A stretch of DNA of 64,000 nucleotides, from positions 382,796-446,795 of the IMG/VR virus record IMGVR_UViG_3300049044_000033; one strand, 5' to 3'. Below the pieces are notes generated by a model. The model did no database searches, was not told the DNA's origin, and worked only from the letters and a program-made list of their open reading frames with translations. Both the position numbers and the translations under genes were made by a program. The stretch is from a virus. Lineage: Duplodnaviria; Heunggongvirae; Uroviricota; Caudoviricetes. Shown piece after piece: positions 8,933 through 17,070 of this stretch (positions within the stretch are counted from its first letter, which is position 1; every line of letters begins with the position of its first letter).

Positions 8933-9391
8933 TCACTCCACTGCGCTAAAACGCTTGGTGATCTGATGTGCCTCTTCTCTGGTACAAGGACCAATACCGA
9001 GGGCAGTGACGATGGGTTGACCATCGAACGCCGTTCCAGGGATAACGTGGTTCTTGTCTTCGATGAGGGAGGTGATCAGACCCGCAGCCTCAGCTTCTTC
9101 GAACGCACGCCTGAGGGCGTTTTCGTTCTTAGCTTTGAGGATAACTTGGGTGCCGATGAAGTCTGGGCCCTGATAAACACGCAGGAGTTCAGGATCGCGC
9201 CGACTTGCTAGGAGGACACAATTCTTGGCCGCATGACAAGCCTGGCTTGCCAACTTACCTGGCTTCATATCCAGGTCGCCACGAATTATGCTATAAACGC
9301 GAAGCTTTTCAGAGGCAGCTTCGAAGGCCTCATAGTCGTTGTCGTTATCAAAACGAGCAGCGGCTTCCTACAAGAACGAGTTACTGAGCAT
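8933..9391 (-). CDS. pth2: Peptidyl-tRNA hydrolase type 2 with in-frame TAG at codon 8 (9368-9370)
   Basis: Pth2 motif RVYSIIRGDLDMKPGKLASQACHA...TALGIGP; the ORF-track start at 9268 cuts the motif; ATG at 9391 with AAGGA RBS is in frame through one TAG. Confidence 0.85.
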
Positions 9392-9431
9392 TTGCTTTCC
9401 TTTCTATTTGCGTCCAACATCGGACGTCCTC

Positions 9432-9459
9432 AACATATGACACATCTAGGATGTGTCAA
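9432..9459 (-). promoter_or_regulatory. Sigma70-like promoter for pth2, overlapped by a palindrome
   Basis: TTGACA-N16-TATGTT; TGACACATC-TAG-GATGTGTCA at 9438-9458. Confidence 0.6.
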
Positions 9460-9467
9460 CACTTTTC

Positions 9468-9800
9468 TTATCTCCACCTCAATTTAAACATCATCGCATC
9501 TCGGGGAGATTCAAAAACCACGCCAACACTATAAGAACAACCGGTTTCCCAACCTACCTTCTTCCAAACGCCGTGCTTGACATTCTCAGAACACCATTCC
9601 TCAACAGGAATAAAGGTGTTCCAAGTAAAACCTAGCATCTTTACAAGATACCAGCCTGGGAATTGGTTGTTGATGGTGGCCACGAAATCACCGTCTTCCC
9701 ATTCGTCTTCTTCGAATAGGGCAGAGTTTTCGGGTTCTTCGGAAATTTGGCCGTCATGGGAATCGAAATCATCCCACAGCCATGTTACTTCACTTGTCAT
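9468..9800 (-). CDS. Hypothetical protein, LFKLxW family
   Basis: C-terminal VFESPRDAMMFKLRWR. Confidence 0.75.
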   Translation of the reverse strand: MTSEVTWLWDDFDSHDGQISEEPENSALFEEDEWEDGDFVATINNQFPGWYLVKMLGFTWNTFIPVEEWCSENVKHGVWKKVGWETGCSYSVGVVFESPRDAMMFKLRWR

Positions 9801-9890
9801 ATAATCCTACTGTCTATTAAGCTTTGATTGCCTAACAGTGGAGGAGGGCCTCTTTGGACCTAGTGATGCTTATTCGTGTTCATGTAACTA

Positions 9891-9919
9891 CTTATAAGGC
9901 ACTAGGTCCCTAGAGTCAA
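9891..9919 (-). promoter_or_regulatory. Sigma70-like promoter
   Basis: TTGACT-N17-TATAAG. Confidence 0.65.
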
Positions 9920-9921
9920 AA

Positions 9922-10572
9922 TTAAAGTTTGCTGCCCATTCGAGCATAAATCCAGTTCTTTTCCTCAGTGGTAATATCGAACTTCACGTTGGGATATTTT
10001 GCCTGGATCTTGCTAACGATCTGCTTTATCTGCTGACCGCTCTCATGAGTCAAAACCTGCCAGTCGTAATCTTCTTCATCTTCTTCACCTTCGGGATTCT
10101 CCCATGAACCCCAATCTCGAACTTCGAATGAATCAGATGATGAACGAAACTCTGAATACCTATTCGCAGTCTGTTTGAACGCTGACAATAGTTCAGAAGT
10201 TGCCTTGGAAATTTCTTCCGGAGTAGCTTTAGCAGTAGGCTCACCTGCACGAACCGGTTCTTCTTGCTTATTAGCAGATGTGCCTTTAGGCTTTTCAGCA
10301 ACCTTGCCGAAGCCATAAGTGACTGCACCACGACCCGCAACGTTACTAGCATCGGTGGTTTCCCACATGCCAACAACATTACCCTGTTGATCAATGATGT
10401 GGTAGACCCCAAGAGTAAAGCCCATCTTGGAACCCTTACTTTGAACTAGCTTGGATTCATGGTCTGATTCACCCCAAACACTATATATGGCTTTCTTCAA
10501 GCTTGGGCGATCAGTATAGGTTGCGTTAATGAACTTTGGTTCATTCGCCTCGAAAATTTCATGAGCTCGCAT
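9922..10572 (-). CDS. Hypothetical late protein, possibly an internal head protein
   Basis: AGGAG RBS; TAAATA upstream; MRAHEIFEA N-terminus. Confidence 0.7.
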   Translation of the reverse strand: MRAHEIFEANEPKFINATYTDRPSLKKAIYSVWGESDHESKLVQSKGSKMGFTLGVYHIIDQQGNVVGMWETTDASNVAGRGAVTYGFGKVAEKPKGTSANKQEEPVRAGEPTAKATPEEISKATSELLSAFKQTANRYSEFRSSSDSFEVRDWGSWENPEGEEDEEDYDWQVLTHESGQQIKQIVSKIQAKYPNVKFDITTEEKNWIYARMGSKL

Positions 10573-10596
10573 ATTAGGCTCCTTTCTCTGGCCTAT

Positions 10597-11040
10597 TTAT
10601 TCAAGCAATCCACGGTCAAAGCATTCATTCAAAACGCCTCGATAAACGCGCATATTTGGCCGATAGGGACCGCGCCCGAAATACTTTGCGTCGTCCCCGT
10701 TAAGGGCCTTCTCAAGCGCCGCAGCAACCGCCGCGCTCCGACATTGCCCCATAAGACAATGAACGTATATGACGCTCGTTCCCGCTTTATTCATGTCTTC
10801 ATAGAAGTCCAAAATAGTCTTCGCATGGGAATCGTCAAACAAGATTCGAGTCTCATTCTCCGGCTCGCCGTTCTTGTATGCATCAATATCGTGGAACTTG
10901 AGATTGAGACGACCCTGAAGGAATTCATTCTCATGAACCTCAGGGAAGTCACCTTTCTCACAGATGCTGATCAGCGCCCAAGGCTTCTCTGGTGGATTAG
11001 CGGCCATCATAGTGGCCCGGCTATAGACTACAAACTTCAT
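10597..11040 (-). CDS. Protein-tyrosine/dual-specificity phosphatase-like protein
   Basis: CX5R motif HCLMGQCRS; FHDID; PN-x-x-V; likely start MKFVVYSR. Confidence 0.85.
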   Translation of the reverse strand: MKFVVYSRATMMAANPPEKPWALISICEKGDFPEVHENEFLQGRLNLKFHDIDAYKNGEPENETRILFDDSHAKTILDFYEDMNKAGTSVIYVHCLMGQCRSAAVAAALEKALNGDDAKYFGRGPYRPNMRVYRGVLNECFDRGLLE

Positions 11041-11071
11041 ATCCAGAGCTTTACTGGTTATTAGGCCTGTG

Positions 11072-11887
11072 TCAAGCTTCGGACCAAATATCCAGGGCAA
11101 GATCTTCGCGTTGCGCTTGCTGCCAGTTATAGACGCAACGGTCAAGACCAAGGGCAATTTCGAGCACAAGTGCGTCTTTCTCGATTAGACCTTTCTTGCC
11201 CTGGAAGCGAAGCTTCTCGGGGAAATCAGTCCGCTTGCTGATGCTGCAGACTTCCATCCACTTGTCGCCATTGTAGACTTCAACGTCCATCGTGCGAAGT
11301 GAATAAGCGGGAAGGCGGTCTGACTCTACTAGACGAGTGGGCAGGTGAACCATGCTAGCAATCATCTTGCGAACCGGTTCAAGCATTGCTTCCTGATAAT
11401 CATCAGCGGTATCTGCACTGTAGACGCACTGGAATTCCTGCTGGTAGAACTCCTTAAGGCGCATGTGCTTCGTGGGCTGCACGATTTCCCGACGGAAGCT
11501 CTTGCCCGCCTGCCAAACCACGAAGGGCGGCTGAACGCCCGTATGACTATTGAGCAGGTATTGCGCGTAGGAGTAGCTGCCAGGTGTGGTCTCAGGACGC
11601 AGGGCGAGGGCACGAGGAGCAGGACGAGTGCCAGCTTGGATCTCTGTCAGTTCTTCCAACGGCACAACAGAGTTCTGTTCCCAGATATCCTGACCGGTAT
11701 AGTTGACGTTCAGAAGATCTCGCGGTGTAAGCAGCGGTGCTTCGATGAAGTGGAAAGCCCAACGAGGATTGATAGCCAGCAATTGGCTTTGAACCTCACG
11801 AGCAAAGAAATCCCGGAAGGTTTCACGAAGCCTGATCTCCTGCTCATTCCAAAAGACCAAGCCATTAATTTCGTAGGGATTCTGCAT
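11072..11887 (-). CDS. Class II aminoacyl-tRNA synthetase catalytic domain, alpha2-GlyRS-like, without anticodon-binding domain
   Basis: LRPETT; motif 2 QAGKSFRRE...RLKEFYQQEFQ; WMEVCSISKRTDF; motif 3 LEIALGLDR; only 271 aa. Confidence 0.85.
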   Translation of the reverse strand: MQNPYEINGLVFWNEQEIRLRETFRDFFAREVQSQLLAINPRWAFHFIEAPLLTPRDLLNVNYTGQDIWEQNSVVPLEELTEIQAGTRPAPRALALRPETTPGSYSYAQYLLNSHTGVQPPFVVWQAGKSFRREIVQPTKHMRLKEFYQQEFQCVYSADTADDYQEAMLEPVRKMIASMVHLPTRLVESDRLPAYSLRTMDVEVYNGDKWMEVCSISKRTDFPEKLRFQGKKGLIEKDALVLEIALGLDRCVYNWQQAQREDLALDIWSEA

Positions 11888-12024
11888 CAGACATAGCCTT
11901 TAAGCAATGAGGTGAAAAGAAGAGACAACATGGCAACTACAAAGAGCAGGAAGAGTGCTCCGGCCCAAGGAAGACCTTTAGTTTCAGTTCTTAACTTAGG
12001 CGGTTCAGGTCTTTCGGGCATCAT
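11887..12024 (-). CDS. 45-aa single-TM peptide
   Basis: MMPERPEPPKLRTETKGLPWAGALFLLFVVAMLSLLFTSLLKGYV; its TGA overlaps the ATG of the aaRS-like gene. Confidence 0.6.
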   Translation of the reverse strand: MMPERPEPPKLRTETKGLPWAGALFLLFVVAMLSLLFTSLLKGYV

Positions 12025-12037
12025 GTTTTCTCGTATT

Positions 12038-12113
12038 TGGCGCGCCTAGCGAGGCTCGAACTCGCGACCCGCAGATTTAGAGTCTGCTGCTCTACCAACT
12101 GAGCTATAAGCGC
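12038..12113 (-). tRNA. Amber suppressor tRNA (anticodon CUA)
   Basis: GCGCTTA-TAGCTCAGTTGGTAGAGCA-GCAGA-CTCTAAA-TCTGC-GGGTC-GCGAG-TTCGAGC-CTCGC-TAGGCGC-G-CCA: full 76-nt cloverleaf with encoded CCA. Confidence 0.95.
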
Positions 12114-12124
12114 ATTCAACCTTT

Positions 12125-12583
12125 TTAGGACTTATTTTCCAGCTTGTCAAGTCGCTCGACGATTTGACGAAGCAATTCTGTTTGCTCCCGATCGTTTTCT
12201 TTGAGGTGTTCCTGCTCTTCATGTGTGAAGGCGTCGCTGTTAACGATCAGCTGAGCAGAGAACTTGGCGACCAGAAGTGGCTGGATATAGAATACACTGA
12301 AGAACATAAATGCCCCGCCAACGAGCTTGCTGATCAACTTTGTGGGATAGAGGTCACCATATCCAACAGTAGTCGAGGTAACAGTTGCCCACCAGAAGCT
12401 ATTGGTGAGGTCCTTGTCTTCAACAATACTGAAGGTCACTGCCGCGACGGTCATAGCAGAGATAAAGGTTAGAATGAGCGGGAGGGCTTTATTGGCCATC
12501 TTCTGTATGAAGTTAAGTTCCTGGCCTGCCCCTGCAGCGGCCTTTAGAAAGTCGTTACCTGCCCGTTCGATCTGTTTACGCAT
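12125..12583 (-). CDS. KcsA-like two-TM potassium channel
   Basis: SFWWATVTSTTVGYGDLYP filter between two TM helices; AAGGAGG RBS. Confidence 0.92.
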   Translation of the reverse strand: MRKQIERAGNDFLKAAAGAGQELNFIQKMANKALPLILTFISAMTVAAVTFSIVEDKDLTNSFWWATVTSTTVGYGDLYPTKLISKLVGGAFMFFSVFYIQPLLVAKFSAQLIVNSDAFTHEEQEHLKENDREQTELLRQIVERLDKLENKS

Positions 12584-12603
12584 GAATGTTCCTCCTTGCA
12601 CTC

Positions 12604-12631
12604 TCGATAACACAGGAGAACAATTTGTCAA
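12604..12631 (-). promoter_or_regulatory. Sigma70-like promoter heading the channel-tRNA-aaRS operon
   Basis: TTGACA at 12626-12631 with TATCGA 16 nt downstream; preceded by a hairpin at 12636-12661. Confidence 0.5.
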
Positions 12632-12681
12632 GCGAATAGGTGCTAGTTTCCTAGCACCTATCTCTCTAAGCTACTTCGCTA

Positions 12682-13290
12682 TTAGGAGAGTTCGCTATAC
12701 TTGCTTGCCATGCGATCCGACATCGCCTGGAGCATACCGGAGATGTTCCGATAAATCGTCGCAAACACACGGCTGAGGAAATCACCGAAGAACGTGCCGA
12801 CGATTGAGAACGGCCAATAAACCATCCAGGTCGTGATACGAGCCTTGTTATTGCGGGCCATACGCTTTACCTGAATGTTCAGGACCTGGACTTCTCGAAC
12901 GTTATTGAACCGGTCACGAACCGTTGGATCTGCTGGAAAATCCTTGAGCGTTTCGCCATTCGGACCAGCAGTTTTGAGGAACTTGGTCCGAATCATATCG
13001 TAGCTCTTAAACAAATCAGGCAAGAAGAAAACTCGCCACTTGATTGTAGCCCAGATTCCGGCCATGCCTAGATAACCTAACAGCCCGTAGACTACATAGA
13101 TTGGGTGAGCCTTGACCGTGGCAACAATCGGGAGATTGCTGAATAGGACGAGGATCAGGACACTTATAAGGAAGGTGAGAGTTGCCTGACCGGCCTTATC
13201 CTGGCTAACCTGAGACGAGAGGATGAGAGTAACGAGGCCGAGGAAGGTCCAAAACAGGATGCCCCCGACGACAAGAAAACTAAAAAGCAT
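12682..13290 (-). CDS. Multi-pass membrane protein
   Basis: 3-4 hydrophobic segments; likely start MLFSF. Confidence 0.75.
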   Translation of the reverse strand: MLFSFLVVGGILFWTFLGLVTLILSSQVSQDKAGQATLTFLISVLILVLFSNLPIVATVKAHPIYVVYGLLGYLGMAGIWATIKWRVFFLPDLFKSYDMIRTKFLKTAGPNGETLKDFPADPTVRDRFNNVREVQVLNIQVKRMARNNKARITTWMVYWPFSIVGTFFGDFLSRVFATIYRNISGMLQAMSDRMASKYSELS

Positions 13291-13291
13291 T

Positions 13292-14635
13292 TTACGCCTT
13301 CTTCCATTCTGTGCCGTGGATTCCATCGGCAAGTGTGATACCAGCGTCTGCAAGTTGCTGGCGAATTTCATCTGCTCGTGCGTAGTCTTTGTTCCTACGC
13401 GCTGCTTGACGTTCGCTTATTAGTTGTTCAACCCACTCTTTGTCAACACCAAAGGTGCGCCATTGGTGAGGAGTTTGGTTAAACAATCCGAGAAGCTGCC
13501 CACCCCTAATAAACTTTGCCTTCGCTGGCGCCCCTCCGCCATGCTCAAGATCATCAGCTAACTCATGCAGAGCAGAGAGTGCAGCCGTGGTATTGAGGTC
13601 GTTGGATAGAGCTTCTAAGACATTCTCTGGTGCATCAACGGCTTCTGGGTAGTTGAGTTCGTCGAACCTCCACAAGACATTATAGAGACGATCTAGCGCA
13701 CGATGAGCACTAGCAAGCTTCTCCATAGTAAAGTCCATAGGACTGCGATAGTGTGATTGCAGGAAGAGATAGCGAACCGATTCGCCAGGATATTGGTCCA
13801 ATAGGTCTCGGAGCAAAATCACGTTGCCTCGACTCTTGCTCATCTTCTCACTGCCTACAGTCAAGAGACCATTGTGGAGCCAATATTTGGCCAGAGGTTG
13901 ACCAGTCACGCACTGACTTTGGGCACATTCTGCATCGTGGTGTGGGAACCTGAGATCCTGTCCACCTCCATGAATATCAATAGTAGATCCACCATAAAGG
14001 CTGTAGATCATAGCTGAACATTCAATGTGCCATCCGGGACGTCCGTGACCCCAAGGTGAAAACCATTTAGGCTCTCCTTCCTTAGCGGGCTTCCAGAGAA
14101 CAAAGTCCCTTGGATCCTTTTTCTTTGGATTCACCTCCACCCGAGCGCCACTATTCCAATGAGTATGGTTAGCCAGACCAGGATGAGGATTACTGGGAAC
14201 GTGGAAGAACACCTCTCCGTCGACTTCATAAGCGTGACCATCGTCTATGAGTTTATGGATGAGAATGATCATACTCGAGACATAATCCGTGGCTTTAGGC
14301 TCCATGTAGGGAGACAAGCAGCACAAATCTTCGAGATCCTGATGATAAGCAATCGTTGCAGTATCAGTGATCTGACTGATCGGTACACCTCGCTCAATCG
14401 AGGCAGTAATAATCTTATCATCAATATCAGTGATATTGCGGGCGTATCGAACCGACTCAGGATAGGTGTATTCGAGAAGCCTATAAAGCTGGTCAAACAC
14501 GATAGCCGGACGAGCATTCCCTATGTGGGCTGGACCATACACAGTTGGTCCGCAGACATACATTGTGATAAGACGATCATCACGAGGGATGAACTCTTCA
14601 AGGCTTCGTGTCTGACTATTGTGTAGCTTGATCAT
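13292..14635 (-). CDS. cysS: Cysteinyl-tRNA synthetase
   Basis: MYVCGPTVY, HIGN, DFVLWK, GRPGWHIECS, DIHGGG, KMSKS and DALR-type C-terminus. Confidence 0.97.
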   Translation of the reverse strand: MIKLHNSQTRSLEEFIPRDDRLITMYVCGPTVYGPAHIGNARPAIVFDQLYRLLEYTYPESVRYARNITDIDDKIITASIERGVPISQITDTATIAYHQDLEDLCCLSPYMEPKATDYVSSMIILIHKLIDDGHAYEVDGEVFFHVPSNPHPGLANHTHWNSGARVEVNPKKKDPRDFVLWKPAKEGEPKWFSPWGHGRPGWHIECSAMIYSLYGGSTIDIHGGGQDLRFPHHDAECAQSQCVTGQPLAKYWLHNGLLTVGSEKMSKSRGNVILLRDLLDQYPGESVRYLFLQSHYRSPMDFTMEKLASAHRALDRLYNVLWRFDELNYPEAVDAPENVLEALSNDLNTTAALSALHELADDLEHGGGAPAKAKFIRGGQLLGLFNQTPHQWRTFGVDKEWVEQLISERQAARRNKDYARADEIRQQLADAGITLADGIHGTEWKKA

Positions 14636-14665
14636 CCGACCAATTTAAGGTGGAATGACTAGATG

Positions 14666-15061
14666 TCAACCAAAAGTCAGCTTGAAGAGACTAGCAAGAC
14701 CTTTATTGGAGAATTTTGCCCTCAAGACACACTTAGGAGGCAGCTTCCGCAATACGTCGTCAAAGGGATCACCAGCATCAACAATAAAGGTAAATTCAAC
14801 CTTGCCTGTGATAGTCATAGAACGAACCCATTCCATGACATTTGAACCTCTGATGCAGAAATCAGGATTCTTCAATACCGCGTTGTGACCTAATATACAA
14901 CCACGGGTATTCAGTTCAATGGTAGAGAATGGAAGATTGAGTTCCACCCGATATGGTGTGAAAACTCTAGTCCATTTATCTTTGAAACGATAGCGATAGA
15001 CTCGACGATCCTGGTACGGAACATCTCCGCCACCCCTATAGAATGTCTCTTCATTCCACAT
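14666..15061 (-). CDS. Hypothetical protein, LFKLxW family
   Basis: C-terminal KFSNKGLASLFKLTFG. Confidence 0.7.
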   Translation of the reverse strand: MWNEETFYRGGGDVPYQDRRVYRYRFKDKWTRVFTPYRVELNLPFSTIELNTRGCILGHNAVLKNPDFCIRGSNVMEWVRSMTITGKVEFTFIVDAGDPFDDVLRKLPPKCVLRAKFSNKGLASLFKLTFG

Positions 15062-15495
15062 TACCGACCACCCATTTGAAGCTTACACAGGACGGCAACC
15101 TTAGAATCAGTGAAACCGATCTCTACTGGAATTTTGGCCCCGATGAGATTGTCTCGAGTTGGGTGACAAGTAAACCGCATCAATCCCTTACCATGCTGCT
15201 TAAACCATGTCTCGAGGTTGATTCCACCAGCTTCAACCTTCCAATCCATTCCTCGGTATTTTAAGAAGAGTCGGACGTCAGCTTCATGCAGGACGACACG
15301 GTAATAATAGCTAGGTCGCCATTGCCAACGACGCCACCGACCCATTACCCGAATGTGAGCATTGTCTCTTCCACGAGTCTTAGACCAAGTCCAAACCGGC
15401 CCACTCTCTAGCAGCCGCTCGACTAACTCCCTCAACGACTTTCGCAAGGTCACAAGCATAGAGTCCCGCGCAGCTAAATCCGTTGAGTTCGACAA
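15061..15495 (-). CDS. Hypothetical protein, LFKLxW family (start uncertain)
   Basis: C-terminal GFTDSKVAVLCKLQMG; true start probably downstream of 15380. Confidence 0.55.
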   Translation of the reverse strand: MSNSTDLAARDSMLVTLRKSLRELVERLLESGPVWTWSKTRGRDNAHIRVMGRWRRWQWRPSYYYRVVLHEADVRLFLKYRGMDWKVEAGGINLETWFKQHGKGLMRFTCHPTRDNLIGAKIPVEIGFTDSKVAVLCKLQMGGR

Positions 15496-16216
15496 TCTTC
15501 GGCCCTTCTTCTGTCAACGCAACGTCGCAGGTGTATGCGACGTCTACTTGCCATCCCTGTTTAGCTACTTTCTCGGCTAGAGTAAAGCACTCTTCTGGCC
15601 AGTCGCGTCGGATATCCAGCTTGCCGTCCCAGCGGTATTCTGAACCTGTAATCACTTCCTTGTCAGCGATCACAAAACGAAACTCGCCTTGTATATCCTG
15701 GCACTGGTTGACCAGAATCAAAGTATCATCGACCACACTACTGGTCTGATCCAGAGAGGATATGTCATGATCAATCGTACCAAACTTGACCTTATGACCC
15801 GCGAAGGTTTTGAGGCCACTATTAGGGCGAATGAATAGCTCTCCTGCATCGAAATTGTAGAACAACTCTCGGGCACGATGCTTAAACATCGCCCAGGTCA
15901 TCATATTGGCATTTCGATTCATGAACCAATCGAGTGGGAGATTGCTCATGTAGGAAGAGGCTTGGGTTCTAGCATTCACACCTAAGGCACCAGGCTGATA
16001 CTGGTGGGATTCTACATATCGGGTGAATTCATGTGACCCGTAGAGAACCACACATTTGTCGTTGGCAACCAGGGGATCACTGTAGGTGCCGTCAGGGTGA
16101 CGATCAACAAAGATTGCTTCGTGACCGGCCTCGCGGACGTAGTGGTCAATGGTATGGCGATCATATGAGAGTTTCTCAAGAATGCCGCGGTCTAAGAGCC
16201 AGATAATAGGAACCAT
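15380..16216 (-). CDS. ATP-grasp domain protein (R2K/DUF4343-like)
   Basis: LFIRP...KTFAG, EFRFVI...ITGSEY, DVALTEEGPKIVELNGFSCAGLY. Confidence 0.8.
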   Translation of the reverse strand: MVPIIWLLDRGILEKLSYDRHTIDHYVREAGHEAIFVDRHPDGTYSDPLVANDKCVVLYGSHEFTRYVESHQYQPGALGVNARTQASSYMSNLPLDWFMNRNANMMTWAMFKHRARELFYNFDAGELFIRPNSGLKTFAGHKVKFGTIDHDISSLDQTSSVVDDTLILVNQCQDIQGEFRFVIADKEVITGSEYRWDGKLDIRRDWPEECFTLAEKVAKQGWQVDVAYTCDVALTEEGPKIVELNGFSCAGLYACDLAKVVEGVSRAAAREWAGLDLV

Positions 16217-16256
16217 CCCTCCTTTGTAAAGAGGGATGGTTTTTAAGTCAACCTAT

Positions 16257-16619
16257 TCAAGCAGCGTAACGCTGCTCAAACGGCAATTCGGTTTGAATTG
16301 GTGTGGACTCTGCAATTGGCGTGACCGTCATATTACATTCGGCCATCATGCTGAACATGATCTTTCGAAGCTGCTCAGCCATTTTAATTGCCTTGACGTC
16401 CGAATCCAAGACAGCATCGCGCCGAATATTATGTAATTCGGCCTTGGCATGCTGTCTAGCTTCGTTGAGGATCATCGTGCTAAACGCTTCCTCAACTTGC
16501 TCCGGAGAAACGGCCTTACCCTCAGCTAGGAGTTCAGGCGCAATATTCTCGATATCTACATTCAACGAAATGTTAAATTTTGGCACGTCGATCTCCACTG
16601 AGAAAGTGTTTCGACTCAA
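16257..16619 (-). CDS. Hypothetical protein
   Basis: ORF with TTG start; coding-like composition. Confidence 0.6.
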   Translation of the reverse strand: MSRNTFSVEIDVPKFNISLNVDIENIAPELLAEGKAVSPEQVEEAFSTMILNEARQHAKAELHNIRRDAVLDSDVKAIKMAEQLRKIMFSMMAECNMTVTPIAESTPIQTELPFEQRYAA

Positions 16620-16752
16620 AACACGAACCCATATTAACTAATACTTTTTAGTTCTAAGTCGATCTCTTGCCAGCGGTTATCCACCGTAGCAATCTCGATT
16701 TAACTGATTACAGGATAGAGTCAAGGAAAATATGACTAAGTTTAAAATTAAT

Positions 16753-17070
16753 CTATAAAGTATTAACTAGTAGATTAAGAAACAGGGGAATCTGCGGTTT
16801 GTCATATAGGAGATAGGGGCCTAGCTTGAAATACAGGGCCTCCTTAACATCACTGAACTGGATGCGAATATATACATGATTTTCATGGTCTTTTGGTTGA
16901 ATCTCTTCAATCTGCTCAAGCGTCCATTCGCTCTTACAGTTCTTCAAAAGCCAGATTTCAATAAAGCTGTATAGGAGATCAACCTTAAGTTTTGCCAGGT
17001 GCGTAACTTCGAGAACAACGGCAGCTCTGCTATCTAGAGCTTGAGGGTGAGTTGTCCTTAATAGGTTCAT
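16753..17070 (-). CDS. Hypothetical protein, LFKLxW family
   Basis: IQFSDVKEALYFKL; ends in TAG. Confidence 0.65.
   Translation of the reverse strand: MNLLRTTHPQALDSRAAVVLEVTHLAKLKVDLLYSFIEIWLLKNCKSEWTLEQIEEIQPKDHENHVYIRIQFSDVKEALYFKLGPYLLYDKPQIPLFLNLLVNTL

Noticed and set aside
8933-9268. 111-aa Pth2 starting at Met 9268
   Set aside because: It starts in the middle of the conserved N-terminal motif and has no good RBS; the upstream ATG at 9391 fits better.
12038-12113. Pyrrolysine tRNA/PylRS system
   Set aside because: The tRNA has canonical D-loop GG, TTC loop and a 5-nt variable loop, unlike tRNA-Pyl. The synthetase motifs are GlyRS-like and no pylBCD genes are visible.
16620-16680. Amber-interrupted N-terminal extension of gene 16257-16619 (in-frame TAG at 16638-16640)
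   Set aside because: No ATG, GTG or TTG lies between that TAG and the in-frame TAA at 16677-16679.
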